Assembly: GCA_965285935.1 (NCBI GenBank)
Contig: OZ260665.1
Span: forward strand, 72,230,001-72,294,000
DNA from: Ophelia neglecta
Taxonomy: Eukaryota
Length of the DNA: 64,000 bases
Direction: 5' to 3'
In this document: piece by piece, positions 39,720 to 53,800 of the stretch
Numbering within the stretch: position 1 is the first letter of the stretch
How the letters are laid out: every line of letters starts with the position of its first letter
The notes under the pieces: model-generated
The model's input: the letters and a program-made list of their open reading frames with translations, nothing else
Database searches by the model: none
What the model was told of the DNA's origin: nothing
Position numbers and translations under genes: made by a program

Positions 39720-40560
39720 GAGATAGTGTTCGAGGCTCCAGGGTTATTCATAATAAAGTGCGACAGGGCGCAGCCCTGGAGCACTTTATTAGGAATGACC
39801 ATGGAGCCGAGAACACTGTCTCACTTAGTATAAACGTTTAAATAGATTTTGTTGGAATAATTATAAACCAGACAGTTGCCCAATGTGACCAAAATCCTAC
39901 ACTGTGCTGCAGACACTGTCTGCTCCGCCCCTAGGTGGTCATTCGCTGGACACTCGTCTGGCAATAAATGGACTGATATACAGGCCTAGTGATTTGATGT
40001 ACAAAATTAATTATGCAGTGAACCTGTGTCCACAAGTAAGGCTAGGTATGCTTAATATGGTCCTGCTTCAAACAGGCGGGGCCCTGGCCATGAATTTAAT
40101 TACACAAATCACCTGATAGATTTACCTGCATGTACAAGGTTAGCTAGCCCTCACTTGGTTTGCCTCATGGCCCAATATCCATAGGCTATACAGTTGAAAT
40201 TTATGACAGCAATATGAAGGATACTGGTCTCTCAGATTAAGTGTTTAGCCAATTTTGTAGCAACATTGAAAACAATTTGTTTGACGAAGAAACTTCATTA
40301 GAATTAAGTCAACTCCCGGTGGAGGAATTGTGCTATACATATTCACAGGTATGCAGGCAGGCAGTCACAGATTGTGCCAGACTATGCAGTCAGGCAGTCA
40401 CAGATTGTGCCAGACGGTCAAGCCAGACAGTGACTAGACAACCGTCTACTACAACATTATCAATAATCTTCTAGAACATTATCGATAATGTTGTAGTAGA
40501 CAGTTGCCTTCCACCTTCCCCAAAATAATCTTGACTTGTGACAATAGAAACGTATACTAA
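39720..40560. mobile_element. putative non-autonomous element with a long terminal hairpin (Crypton-like, tentative)
   Basis: 50-bp-arm imperfect palindrome 39720-39822, followed by ttagtataaacgttt (39825-39839), whose near-complement aaacgtatactaa lies at 40548-40560. Confidence 0.4.
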
Positions 40561-40631
40561 ACCAAGGATAAGGGCATTGGTTCATGGGCCAAACACACAT
40601 CGTTATATACATATATACTGTAGTTGCATGA

Positions 40632-40884
40632 CTCTCGATCGCGTCAAACCTAGTACGTAAAAATAGGTACTAATAGCTCCCCTGCCAGCTATTTCGGGGG
40701 TAGTATCAGGACTGGTCAACCCGATGTCAGTATAATGTGACTGGGTGGGGTTCCCTGTCTGGTGTCTACGGCAGGTACTCCAGTGAGGCAGCACTCTAAA
40801 GAGGGCATTGAGCCCACTGTCACAAGTAGGCACTGGCGATATGACTAAATAAGTGTTGAAAGCCACGTAAAACCCAAACAACAG
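40632..40884 (+). mobile_element. SINE (mollusc-type, Meta-domain-like), 5'-degenerate
   Basis: Central gtcagtataatgtgactgggtgggg...cagtgaggcagcact and tail tgttgaaagccacgtaaaacccaaacaac. Second copy at 38303. Confidence 0.75.
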
Positions 40885-40996
40885 GCAGGATACATATCGA
40901 TTGCAAGTAACGCCCTCTTAATATCAGGTCTATGCCAGCTAGCTATCCTAGAACAAGAGGACAAGTAGTATATAGCCAATAGGAACAGGTAAATAA

Positions 40997-41032
40997 TTAT
41001 ATCCGCGAAATGCGGATATTATGTTTTCAGTA

Positions 41033-41126
<94 letters not shown>

Positions 41127-42225
41127 ATATTTTAGTCGTTAACGCGATAACTCAAAAACCATTTCGTACATCTTTTTCAAATTCAACACAGCTATAGACC
41201 TTATTGAGAGGAGGAACTGATTAGATTCTCGTGAAAATCCAATAATTATTAATTAGTTAAAACAATTAATTAATTACGTCAGAAATGCATTTTCTGCAAT
41301 AACACAAAAAATATTTGATACATCTTTTTCTAATTTGACACAGCCATAGACCTTATTGAGAGGAAGACCAGTATTTCTGATAATTATTAATTAGTTAAAA
41401 TAATTTATTAATTATGTCAAAAACACATTTTCTATCATATATTCCAAAGTTTAGATGATATTGGTTTGAAGTTTTGTGTCATGATTCATGTAATAACTAT
41501 ATACAATCTGTGTAATAAGTTAACTGGTTAACTTTATTAATGACCTGAAAAAAAAATAGTTAAGGTGGTTTTGCATTATTCTTGAGGTCATATGGAACCA
41601 ACTTTATTAATGACCTGCCTTATTATTGAGGTTACATAGAAGCTAATACAATCTGTATAACAATTAAGTTAACTAGTACTGTGTAATAAGTTAACTAGTT
41701 AACTTTATTAATGACCTGAAAAAAAATTAGTTAAGACAGTTTTTCATTATTATTGAGGTCATATGGAACCTACTACAATGTGTGTAATAAGTTAACTAGT
41801 TAACTTTATTAATGACCTGAAAAAAATTAGTTAAGGTCGTTTTGCATTATTATTGAGGTCTTATGGAACCTACTAATAAGACCACTAGTTCACTGTATTA
41901 ATGACCTTAAAAAAATTAGTTAGGGTCGTTTTGCATTATTATTGAGGTCATATGACACCAACTTTAAGAATGACCTGCATTATTATTGAGGTCAAATAGA
42001 ACCTACTACAATCTGTGTAATAAGTTAACTAGTACTGTGTAATAAGTTAACTAGTTTAACTTTATTAATGACCTAAACAAAAATTAGTTAAGGTCGTTAT
42101 CTTTTGTGCCAACTAAAAACTACCATATTCACTACCTCGCTTTATGCCATGTTCCCCATTCGATTATTGCACGCATTCGCGGATATACCCCTTACTGTCG
42201 GCCCCCCGACAGCGTTGGCCTAGTT
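40997..42225 (+). mobile_element. Helentron-associated non-autonomous element (HINE/DINE-1-like), structurally complete
   Basis: 5' subTIR tatatccgcgaa (40998-41009) with adjacent IR gcggatat. (GCC)~31 at 41034-41126. Internal tandem repeats 41500-42100. 3' subTIR ttcgcggatata (42176-42187). Hairpin ctgtcgg-cccc-ccgacag (42195-42212). Ends ctagtt. Confidence 0.85.
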
Positions 42226-43799
42226 ATATACTCTGCCAAGTTTTTGAGATCAACTTGCTTTTCCTTGATTTGCCTGATTTGTATTCCACTGATACACGGT
42301 TTTTCCGGTTCTGGGTTCCACTTCGTCCCGTGTTTCCGTCATATTTGGGGTGCTACTTCTCCGCGTTTCCTGAATATGTGTTCCGCGTTACCGTGTTACC
42401 GTTATATTTTCTGTTATCCACCGAGGCTTTAATTGGTTTATAATTCTAGTAAACTAGTGTGTTTAAAGCAGGATTACCTTACCCATGCTTTGTTGAAAAT
42501 ACCCAGTTCGAATAGGTGGCCATAAAAACGCATCAACTCAGAGTATTTCTGAGCTAGATTAGGGCGACGGTCATTTTGCATGAATGCGCGGTACTTGCAG
42601 CCGATGCTGCACCATGGGAAGAAACAGATGGATATTTGTCCATCCTGCAAGGACAACAAGCCTATGGGTCACTCTCTCTCTCCCCCCCCCCCTCTCTCTC
42701 TCTCTCTCTCCCCCCACCCCCCTCTCTCTCCTCTCTCCTCTTTTCGTACAAGAAATTATTTCTCCATTGAACATAGCTCTTCAAAGGTGAAGAGAATCAA
42801 CCTATAAGCGTTCAACGGGCAATATGGACAGCCCCCCCCCCCTCTCCACCATCGCCGTACGGTATTTGACCTATTAACAACTCATAAGCTTCAATGCTTA
42901 CAGTCACCTTAATACTACTTAAAATTATGAACTGAGCTACATGTAATCGTGACCTAGGTAATCCTAGTTAAAACTAAATACCAATTGCCAATATGATATT
43001 GAAAAAACAAAAAAACATGCTAATCTACAATCGTGCTAACAATAATATGATCTACATGCTCAATCTGATTTGGCCGTGCTGCCTCCGTCAGGGCGGTGAC
43101 CCTCCACGTCGAGTACCATACGTATGGACAGGCTTATCCGTGGCAGGTCACTATGCTCCATGCGAGCATGCAGGCTTGCGCTGACTGCCGGCTTGTGTCT
43201 ATTTTGGGCGTGGTCCCCTTAAGGTGTATCAAATATAACAGGCGATAAACACGAAAATGATATACATGTACTTCATGCTCAAACACCGCATGGTACATTT
43301 AAAGCTCATGTCTATGTCTACACATAAAAATCTAAGACTAGAATCCAGAAGGTAATTTCTCTCTTAATATTTTTAATTGAATTAAACATAAGACGCTAAA
43401 GTTGTTGTGCAAACTACCCCAGTTGAACCTTGAGAGCGCTATGCGTTAAGGCTAAAGGCCTGATTTCCACCTGATAAGATCGCCTTATATAGTTTCCCCT
43501 GGGCTTAAATCTCTCCGCATACATGCGCTCCTTGGTACCACTAGCATTCGAAGTCTTCTCAAAACAAAAACAAATGAAAGTAGTTGATTTTTCTTAATAC
43601 CTTTAAAAATTCTATCACTTCCTCCGCGTAAAAAATTTGTCTTTCGTTGTGAATATATTATATTTTACTTACACATAGGTAGTTAGCGAGAGAAAATATG
43701 AAAGGGCTATTTTAGGTCATAAAAATTCGAATACCCGCGTATCCATTGAGGTAAAATAATCGTTTTTCGGCCATCCAGAGTGATAAAATAATCAATTCA

Positions 43800-43960
43800 C
43801 TACATTTTAATTTTAATTTTATCTTATATACTTTCACGTTTTATCTTGTCTTAGCTGTGATCTATTCATGTTTTATAATTGTAAAGCGCTTTTGAGCATA
43901 TGTTTAATGGAAAATGCGCTATATCTAAAAGCCAATAGATAATAATAATAATAATAAAAT
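43800..43960 (+). mobile_element. L2-type LINE/SINE 3' tail
   Basis: tgtaaagcgcttttgagc...gcgctatat followed by (AAT)n. Confidence 0.6.
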
Positions 43961-44829
43961 AATCCCCCTATGGCTTCATTACTAACCAATTTGAAAGCAG
44001 AAAAGGACCGACTACCTTGTGGCTTGGTCCAGTAAATTGTGTGCTGCAGGAAGTTTCTCTGTCCTTGTTGGTGCACACGACTAACATACATGTACTATAC
44101 GACAGCAAGTTGTATCGCAGAAGACGAGAACAATGATGGTAGGATGAATAGCTTCTCGTAGGGACAAATGACAAGGTCGTGCCTCCGCTTCCACCACGAT
44201 GTGAAGCCAGCTTGTTTAACATTCACAGCTCCTTCACCTGAGTGTGGACTTCACCTGTCATTGATTCCTCGAGCAATGTATTGTCTCAAACATCAACTAG
44301 CACATGGCGACGGGAGCCATGCAATTATTTCTCGGCAAAGTGATTACTAACAACGGTGCCTTATCACCTACCGCACCGCCTGGACGCTAGATCTGCCGAG
44401 AAATCAAGTTTGCCGACATACCGTGATTGTGGTTCTTCTCTTTTTTTGTCTTGTGTATCTCCAGGTAAGAAGTCGAGACATCAGTCATTGAGCATGTGGG
44501 CTTGTATTCGGCCAAGAGAAGACCTTCAATGATAGAGCTTGCGTCCGTTTACTGCTCCGGGTATACACAAACATTGTTCTATGACTAAAATGGATGCTTT
44601 TTATTATCCGGAAAATCGCTTCGTTGTTTCGTGGAACTACATAAATTGATTACGACAGCCTAGATCTTGAATAATAAACATACAGAGCAGTCACCATAGG
44701 GAAGTGTGATTTTTTACGCTATTTTAAGTCTACATTGGAATTTATGGCCAACGTGGCAATGAAAACGGGGACCTTGAGTCCAAAAGTGTGTCCTATTCGT
44801 TCGTGAGCTCAAGCTGTATACTGCTCCAG

Positions 44830-47800
44830 TTCCGGATACCGTCTTTGCGCCTATATGCATGCCGGATTTATTACCTCGAACGGCCGGGCCAACATTAATG
44901 TGGACACGATGGTCTACTCAACATGCTGCCCGGGGCAACTACGTTATGTACATCCCAAGGTAAGTTAAAAACATGAAAACAAAGCTTAGAGAAACACATG
45001 GTCCACCTTTTATCGAAGGGAAAGTCGATTTGGCTATCCCGATTGTTGAAACTCACGCCAAACAAGTAGGGCCTATTAATTAAATGAAAACCCATATAAA
45101 TGTGCTAGTGTGTGCTGTGTGGTTATATATGATTCCCCCCCCCCCCCCCCCCCACCTTTTTTTTTATCCTGTCCCATCACCAAACCCACACTAATAGCGC
45201 TCCCTAATCATATAGTTGCTTTTGTATATGACCTCGAGCTTAAAGAGTAGACCCCCGCCCTTGGAAAGATGAAAACAGAGCTATAATTTATTAGTATTAA
45301 TGTGCTGAGTTCACACCTTGTCGCCCGTCAAGGACTAGCTTTCCTGCAGCCTTACCCATACAATGGTGAACGGCAAGGTTGGCTCAATAATTTTTTATGT
45401 TCACTCATGCATGGTTATACTGGGTCCATGTGTCTCAAGTGTTAACCATATTCTCCAAGAATCACTACCAAGGGTGCCGTCTACTAAACTTGGGGAAAAC
45501 AGGAATAGAAATATTCTTTAACTTTGGTACGCAATTTCATATATTATGCAAATGGCGTAAAGGAAAACTTGAGATATACCTCGGTACCATGAACATTGTG
45601 AACATGGTATTAATCTTTGTTTGAAATATAAAACAGGGTTTACCACGGAAACGGTCTTCCAAAAAAGACCGAATAAAGCAAACACATCCCTGTGGTTATA
45701 TCCCAGAAACAATGAGCCTTAAATGACCCGCGTGCGTCCAGGCGCCTTTCATGTTGGCTTACCTTCTTAACAAGCTACATTCGGTCTTTAATTCCTCGCC
45801 TAATTTCCTGGGACGGTGATTAGAGAAATGAGGTGTATCATGGACGAGAAATTGCAACGCAAATGAAGCCTCGCCTTCTTGGAGTAATATGATATTGACA
45901 GTAAATATCCTGATTCCGCTAGTCTGAGTTGTAAACTCGACAGTAAACGCACATAGTATTGACTTTTATCGATCAGTGTTGTTAGTTAGGTTAAGTTGTT
46001 GCTGCGGAGGGAAATCAGGACAATGACCATGGTATGGGCCTAGCATGATATTTACTCAGTGGTCTCAATGACACGCTGCCCCGAAATGTCATGAAAAAGG
46101 TGTATAACGCCTCCCACTGCTGGATGGTTGTATTTCATAAAACAAAGCCGTGTATTTTTTTAATTACTGATTAGTAAAGAATTCTTACAGTATTTTTTTT
46201 ATAGTGTATAGCTCTTTACAGAGCTGGGATACAAGCAAACATATGTTAATGCTCCTATGTACCTCGAGAGGGAAATAAAGTTAATTATATGTCACAACTG
46301 GGAATAATATAGGACAATATAATGGTCTCTGGTCACACGATTGTAAACAAAGCGCATATTGTATGTATGTATGTATTTATTTTCATTTCTATAGTGACGT
46401 CAAATTCGATACAACAAATTAATACATTACGTATCAGAACAAATTGACCCAGCCCAGCCTGAGCTTATATGTCACTTCAAATGATAGATATTTTACAATA
46501 ATACAGCGGCCCCGTGCGGCGCACACACCAAACGAAGAACAGAGAATACGGAGAAACAAATCACACATAAATAGCATCTACCAGTGACATAAGATTATAT
46601 TGAAGGTAAATAGAAAGCTGATTATACTGAAGGTAAATAGATTCACTTGTTAAACAGAATCTGCTTTCTAAGAGAGAGAGAGCCAGAAATATATACTTTT
46701 CCAAATGATGTTGAAATTTAATATTAATAATTTGGAATTGGCTTTGTATATTTTGTACACATATACCAGGACACAATTGACTTACATTGTCTAAAAGTTG
46801 TTTTCTGAACGCGGACAAATACATAAAAAGTGAAACTCGTCTTCCACATAATTTAAATCACACAATGCACATAAGCGATCTTCCGCCCTAACATTCCTAT
46901 ACCTGCCATTTTCAATGCTTAAAGGCAACTCACCAGACCTGAATTGAGCCAAGGCACTTCTATATGGTTTAGCCATAATACATTGCACATATTTCTCACA
47001 GATAAAGGACTCTTTAAATTTACTATAGGTTCTAAGCTTAGGCTTGGTTGTACCCCCGGCCGTCTTCCAGCTGTCCTCAATAATTTCAAAAAATCTTGCA
47101 TTTACTACATTTATATCACAATGTTGTTTATCATACAATAGATGTTCTAATTGTAAACTTTCAAAAACTGGTCTGAATAAATTACAAGCGAGATCCAGAT
47201 CACGAATAAATATTTTCCTTGTGAGACGGTTTGGATTCATACCTATAAACCTATTGTACAATTTACACACCAAGATTTTCTGCGATAAGAAGGTGGGGTC
47301 CAGGCAAAGTCTCACTGGAATGCATAAATAGGTGTCTTGGGTGGTAGACCAAGGAAATATCTCTGTGCCCTATTTTCAATTTTATCAATGTTTTCAAATT
47401 TTGCCTCACTCCACAGTGCACCAAAATAACCTGTAATGGGGACAACACATGAATCATACAACTTCTTAAATATCCTGAAGAGACTTAAATTTTGAAATAA
47501 TCCCACCCAGAGCCCTCCCCCCCCCCCCGGAACCCGCCAATATTTCAGAGCCATACTTGTAATCAAGGTGTTCATCTAGATATATCCCAAGGTATATATA
47601 TTGTGGAACAGTATCCAGACTTTCTTGGCCATACATAAATACTGTATTAGATACGGATTTGCGTTTGCGCCTGAAATGTATAACTTTCGTTTTTTCTGTA
47701 TTTATAGACATTCTATTTCTTTCACACCATATTTTCAAACAATCAATTAACTTTTGAAGACCTATTTCAGATTCAGACAGTAGTATCATATCATCCGCAA

Positions 47801-50800
47801 ACAACAAAAGAGAAAGTGTTAAATCATCCAATGACACTCCACATTCCAGTGCATTAATATCACAAATCAAATCATTCATGTATAAATTAAATAATGTAGG
47901 GGACAATACATCTCCTTGCCTCACTCCACTACTTGTTGAGAACCAATCTGTTGCAATGTTATTAATTTTTAGACAAATATAAACAATTTTGGTATAACGA
48001 TTTGATTGCACAATACATCCTGTCATCAATATTATTTAGCAACAGTTTTCCAAACAAAATATCTCGATCTATCCAATCAAAGGCTTTCTCATATAGACAA
48101 AACATGCAAATACCGACTGACCTTTAGCAATCTTTTCTTTTACAACCGAAGTTAGAACCTAAGCATGGTCCAAACATGACCGGGCTTTACGAAAACCATT
48201 TTGCTCCTCAAAGTACGCAGAGGATTCAAGATAACTCGATAACCTGTTATTTAAAACAGAAGAATACACTTTGCCAACACATGACAACAAACTCACACCT
48301 CGGTAATTCAGTGGCTCATAGGGGTCTTTACCCGTCCCTTTAGGGATGGGATTTATCATAGCTTTCAACCAAATGGTAGGAACAATACTATTGTTTAAAA
48401 AGGTACACCAGTAGTACACCAGACAGCCTGGGCCCAAACTTCATTTTTCATAAATTGCTCTGGCATGTTATTAAATTTATACCTTCTTTGTTTTAATTTT
48501 GTTACACCTGTTGTGTTTTGACTGTTTGTCTGTGGGGTTTCTGATGATTGGTCATCACAGCAATTGTAGGAATATGAAACCTTAAGAGTTAAAACAGAAT
48601 GATCTGGTGACTTACATCTCAGTGTAACAAGTCGGAATAAGTTGTGTGAGGATAACAGAGATGCCATAGTATCAATCCTAAAATCTAAACAATTCTGATA
48701 ACAGTCATGTGGCACAAAAACATAATCTACAACGGACTGTCCCCTTGTTGTCAAACAAGTAAAATTATCATGAGCAAACCTTCCATTTAGTAAACAAAAT
48801 TGGACATCCTTTAAAAACTCAATGAAGCGCTCCCCGTATTTTTCGACCCATCCAATACAGTACGATTAGGCAAGTCATCCAAAACTGAAATGAAGTCATT
48901 TAATGACCCTACTCTGGAGTTAAGGTGTCCTCCACAGTACACCGCGTCACAGTCTGAATTTATATAAATGTGTGATAAAGTGAGCCAGAAACTCTGTACA
49001 ACAATGTATGATGTTACATGCTTTCTGCAAAAAGTTTCAGCTACAAGTGTAGATTATTATTGAATAAAAATAATTTGGTAATATTCCCAGGTTTGGAGAG
49101 TGGTTCCAGTTTCCATCATAGGGTTAGCTATGGTTATAGCAGGGGCCATCGGGGTCATAATGGACCGACGAGAGTTAGCGGAACTTGCCCGCCGGAACCG
49201 CGAGCTGTACGGTACATCGCAGTCTGCCGAGGAAGACTCCAGGTGAGAGACCCTTGCACAGTTACGTACTGGTAGCACTAGGAGGTTGGGAGGGGATGCG
49301 CGCACGGGGGGGGGGGGGGGGGGGGTCACATGCACGTCAAATGATATATTAGTTTAATTGATTATGAGTCTGATTTATTTAAGTTTGAAAGCGGATTTGT
49401 ATGATACCCTTATATTGACAATTTTAATGGAGGATTATGTAACTGGCAGTAGCTAACCTTGAATTATATAACACAATTTAAAAGTATACCGGGTACATGC
49501 TGTTTATGAAGACTTCATTGTTTACTTTCAGCAATGGAGAGACATGGCCCTATGCTGTGCTCGGCTGGGGTATTTTTGGGTTCCTCGGCTCTCTCCTTTA
49601 CGCCTACAGCTTACAGCGATCCTCCATGGACCAGGGACGGACTCGAGAAACAATGGTAAGTTAAACCACTCATCGGAACAGACAGGTCGACGCGAAAATA
49701 TCCCGCTCAAAATGAATAATATACCTATAGGAAGACATTAAGCCTAGACTTGATGTGGCAGTATTGCTCAAACACAAATATTCGGCATGAAGGGTTGATA
49801 GTGGGTACATTATATTTGTTTGTTTGGGTGTGTGGCTGTGTGTGTGTGTGTGTGGGCGGGTGGGGGGGGGGGGGGGTTGTGGTGTCAAACAATGGTCCGT
49901 AAAATTCGCTTACATCGAATTAAAAAAATGAGAATGTCATACTAAACCAGTAAATAGAGGAATCCCCCTAGCCTCGGTACATTTGTCAAGAACATCAAAT
50001 GTGCAGAGTAATGAGTATTAAATATTGGTCATGATATTTCTTATTTGTCCAAGAATGTCTCATTCAAGTGTGACTCTTGCTACATGGTCTTCTTACCACA
50101 CCAGTTGCGGCTAGATTAATGTCAGATGCAGCTATATACGACTGCGGTGGAATGCCATGGAAGAGTCAATCAACAAAATGGGTTCTCCCCTTCGTACTTC
50201 CGAAAGGAAGTAATATTTATAAAGGTAATATCGGTAGTTACTACCGTCAGAGGTGATTATCTGCTCATTATTACAAATGAAATTATAATGTAAAGTCTAT
50301 AGTCAGACGCTGCAATCTTTTGAACGCCATTAAGAAGCTGCCATGTAGTGACTTCTTAAATATCCTAAGATCCTTATATAGAAGAATGTGCTGCCTTGGC
50401 AGCACTCACACGCGCCTAGACCACTCCTGCCAGGTATATCTGTCCTAACAGGTAAATCACAGACTGTGTTTAGAGTAGCAAGCTCAAATGCATGTCTAGG
50501 TTTATTGTATACTCGTCCGCTATATAGGGTAGTCGCAATGAAAAGCGATACTGATACTCATATAACAAGCTAAATGTTATCACCTAGTCAAAGGTTAAGC
50601 ATAGTCAGATTGCTCTATAAAGGAAAAAATCAGCCACGAGAACAATTGAGTAATTGGAGGCCTCTAGCACTTTCAACCATTGACTATAAAATCTCTGCCA
50701 AAATACTAGCAACGCGCCTTTCCCAAGTCATTAATAAATTGATATCAACAGATCAAGCGGGCTATATCAAAGGAAGATCATCGGGAAATGTTATTAGAGG

Positions 50801-53800
50801 TCTCGATGACATTATAGAATATCTAGACATCAAGCAGCTCCCTGGTATATTAGTAGCTATCGACTATAAGAAAGCATTCGACACTATTTCAAAATCTTTT
50901 ATGCTGACGTGTCTTCATAAGTTCAATTTTGGGCAAATGTTCATAGGATGGGTGAAGACATTAACCAGTTATAATGTAGCTAAAGTCATAAATAACGGAT
51001 GGTTCACAAAGATTATACCCCTCGAAAGAGGTATCAGGCAGGGATGTCCCTTGTCACCAGTATTATTTATTCTGGCCTTAGAAATTTGCTCAATTAAAAT
51101 ACGGAAAGGTGATAAAATAAAAGGCATTAAACTGCCAATGTTTGAAAGGGAAGCGAAACTGCTCCAATTTGCTGATGACAGCACAGGCCTTCTGGCGGAC
51201 GAAGAATCTCTACAAATTTTTCTAAAATATATACACAGTTTTCATATTATATCCGGTTTGCAGCTGAATAAATCCAAAACAGAAGCCATGTGGCTCGGCT
51301 GTTGGAAGTACCGTCGAAAAGAAATCGAAAACATAAAATGGAAAATATATCCTAATAATCTCGTCAAAATCCTTGGTGTAACGTTAAGTAGCTCTACTGT
51401 GGCAGGTAGATGTGACGATAACTGGACTAAACGATTGGGAGTGTGTGAAAATATAATTAAAAACTGGTCCAAACGACATTTGACAATGTATGGGAAAGTT
51501 GTCATAATTAAATCCCTACTAGCTTCCCAATTTACATATATTATGCAGTGCATTAGATATCCAAACGAAGTTCTAAACAAAATCAATTCATTTTTCTTTA
51601 AATTTCTTTGGTCCGATAACAGTCTTAGTGGCAAGAAGGTTACGGAGAGGGTTAAACGAAGAATAGTAATCCAGGCGGTTAACAAAGGTGGACTTGGCAT
51701 GCCTGATCTGAAAATTATCCAAACCCAATTTCAGTTTAAATGGATTACTAAGCTTTTACGTGAAGGTGATGAACTATGGAAAATTATACAGAGTTCTTTT
51801 TATGCACATTTTGGTAGCAACTTGAGCGTGTTTAACTGTAATACTATTTCATCCGGATTCAGGGGGATGAATTCTGTGGATTATATTCCCTTATTTTGGA
51901 AAATTCTTCTGTTCGACTGGATTGATATACAAACCATGTTGATACAGACAAAACTACAAGTTATCTTTTTAACAACAAATGTATCACGTACCGAGGTTCC
52001 CCTATTTTTGTAAGGCGGTGGATCCAAAATGGACTTTTATACGTCCATGATATAATACAGAATAATGTGCTCAATTATGAAAAAATATATAGTGTATTTG
52101 GTGAAAATAGTACTACTCAGTGGGAACTGAATATAGTCCGCAATGCTCTAACTGAGACAAATTTATGTAAGGTGGAAGATGCAATAAACATTAAAGATAT
52201 ACAGCTATGTGGTGTTAACATAGAACAATATACTTCATCGATGATGAAGACGGCTATTCTGCATCTGATTTATCCATGTGAAGGGGTTATATTGTCAAAA
52301 CGTTACTATGAAAAATATGGCGCTATTAGCAATTGTCCAGAAACTTTAGAAAGAGCCAAACTGTCATCTAATGGAGAACCTAAAATAGTTACGTTGCAGT
52401 GGAAAATCATTTTAGAAATTTACCCTGTAGGTACATATCTAAAACAGATAAAAATACAGGATCATGATAAATGTAAATATTGTAACCAAACGGAGACTAT
52501 TGATCACTTTTTTTACTTTTGCAAGTCTGTAACTGTATTATGGAAAACTGTAGAAACCGACATTATGTTAACAAATGTACAACGCATTAAATTAAGTGAG
52601 GTCGAAATTCTGTTCGGAATACCCGAAGAAAAATGTACACGTAATTCATATAAACTTGTTAATGCACTCCTTTTAATTGGGAAGCTTTGCATTACTAAAT
52701 TTAAGTATGGGAATTCAGGAAACCTGTCTATCTGTTATGAAAATGAGAAGAAAATTAGAAATATCACTATAGCCTCAAACCCCTGACCATGTGGGTATGT
52801 AAGGGCTACGACTGTTAAAAGCATTGTTGTTTTATTTCTAATAAAATATATATAAAAAAAACAAAAAAACAAAAAAAACAAAACAAGCTAAATGTGTGGG
52901 TATAACAATAAGTGACGATCAATTCTTCAGGGTAAGATGTAAGATTGGACTAATACGGGAAGTGTAATCTATGTGCAGCTTCCTCATAGAAGATAACGGA
53001 TGAATAATGGGAGAGAGTCGGTTTGAAATAACTACGATATATATTCATGCACATATATGCAATGCATACATACACGCATACATATACATACATATATACG
53101 CATCTACATACACCTATATTAAAGCAAAATCGTATTTGCTTAGGCGTCAGGGATATCAAGCAATTTCTTTTTGAAGGAGTTGGCTCGGTGTCAAACATAT
53201 CTTGTTTATTTTGTACATTTTTTATTTCAATTCCAAGAAAGTTTTTTTTATTAGTGCATTGATTTGACATCGTTCTGAATTAGCTACATCTGTAATACCA
53301 GACGAATATTCCATATAAAACCTATATATAACACCGATAAAACATATATAATACCTCATCCCTATTTGCCACCATAATAATACCTGCTGGCCAGAATGTA
53401 GAAGAGTATCAAAAGAGATGTAGCATTTAAGAACTTATTTCCGGGCCTATATAGGCTATAGTAAGAGAACGACCCTTTCATGTTCTGTTTTCCGCCGTAG
53501 ACGCGCCCTTCCGGGAGCGGTCAATAGACTCACGTGCTGGCTGGTTGTCAAAGACATCACTTGATTGACTTCAACTATTTTTTCTCTGAAAAGATTTCCA
53601 TACCATTAATAAAGATTCGTCGATGGCAATGTTACTTGTGGAGAGTGCCCCCCCCCCCCCTGACGCATCCTTTAATTGGATGATGCACGGTTGTTTGGTT
53701 TTCAACCTACCCTTCAGGCATGTAGCACGCCTGCCTTGGGTGGGGGCCCAAGGAACCTGAATGAACCCCCGTCTCGGATGGCTCTCGAAATTGCATTCAC

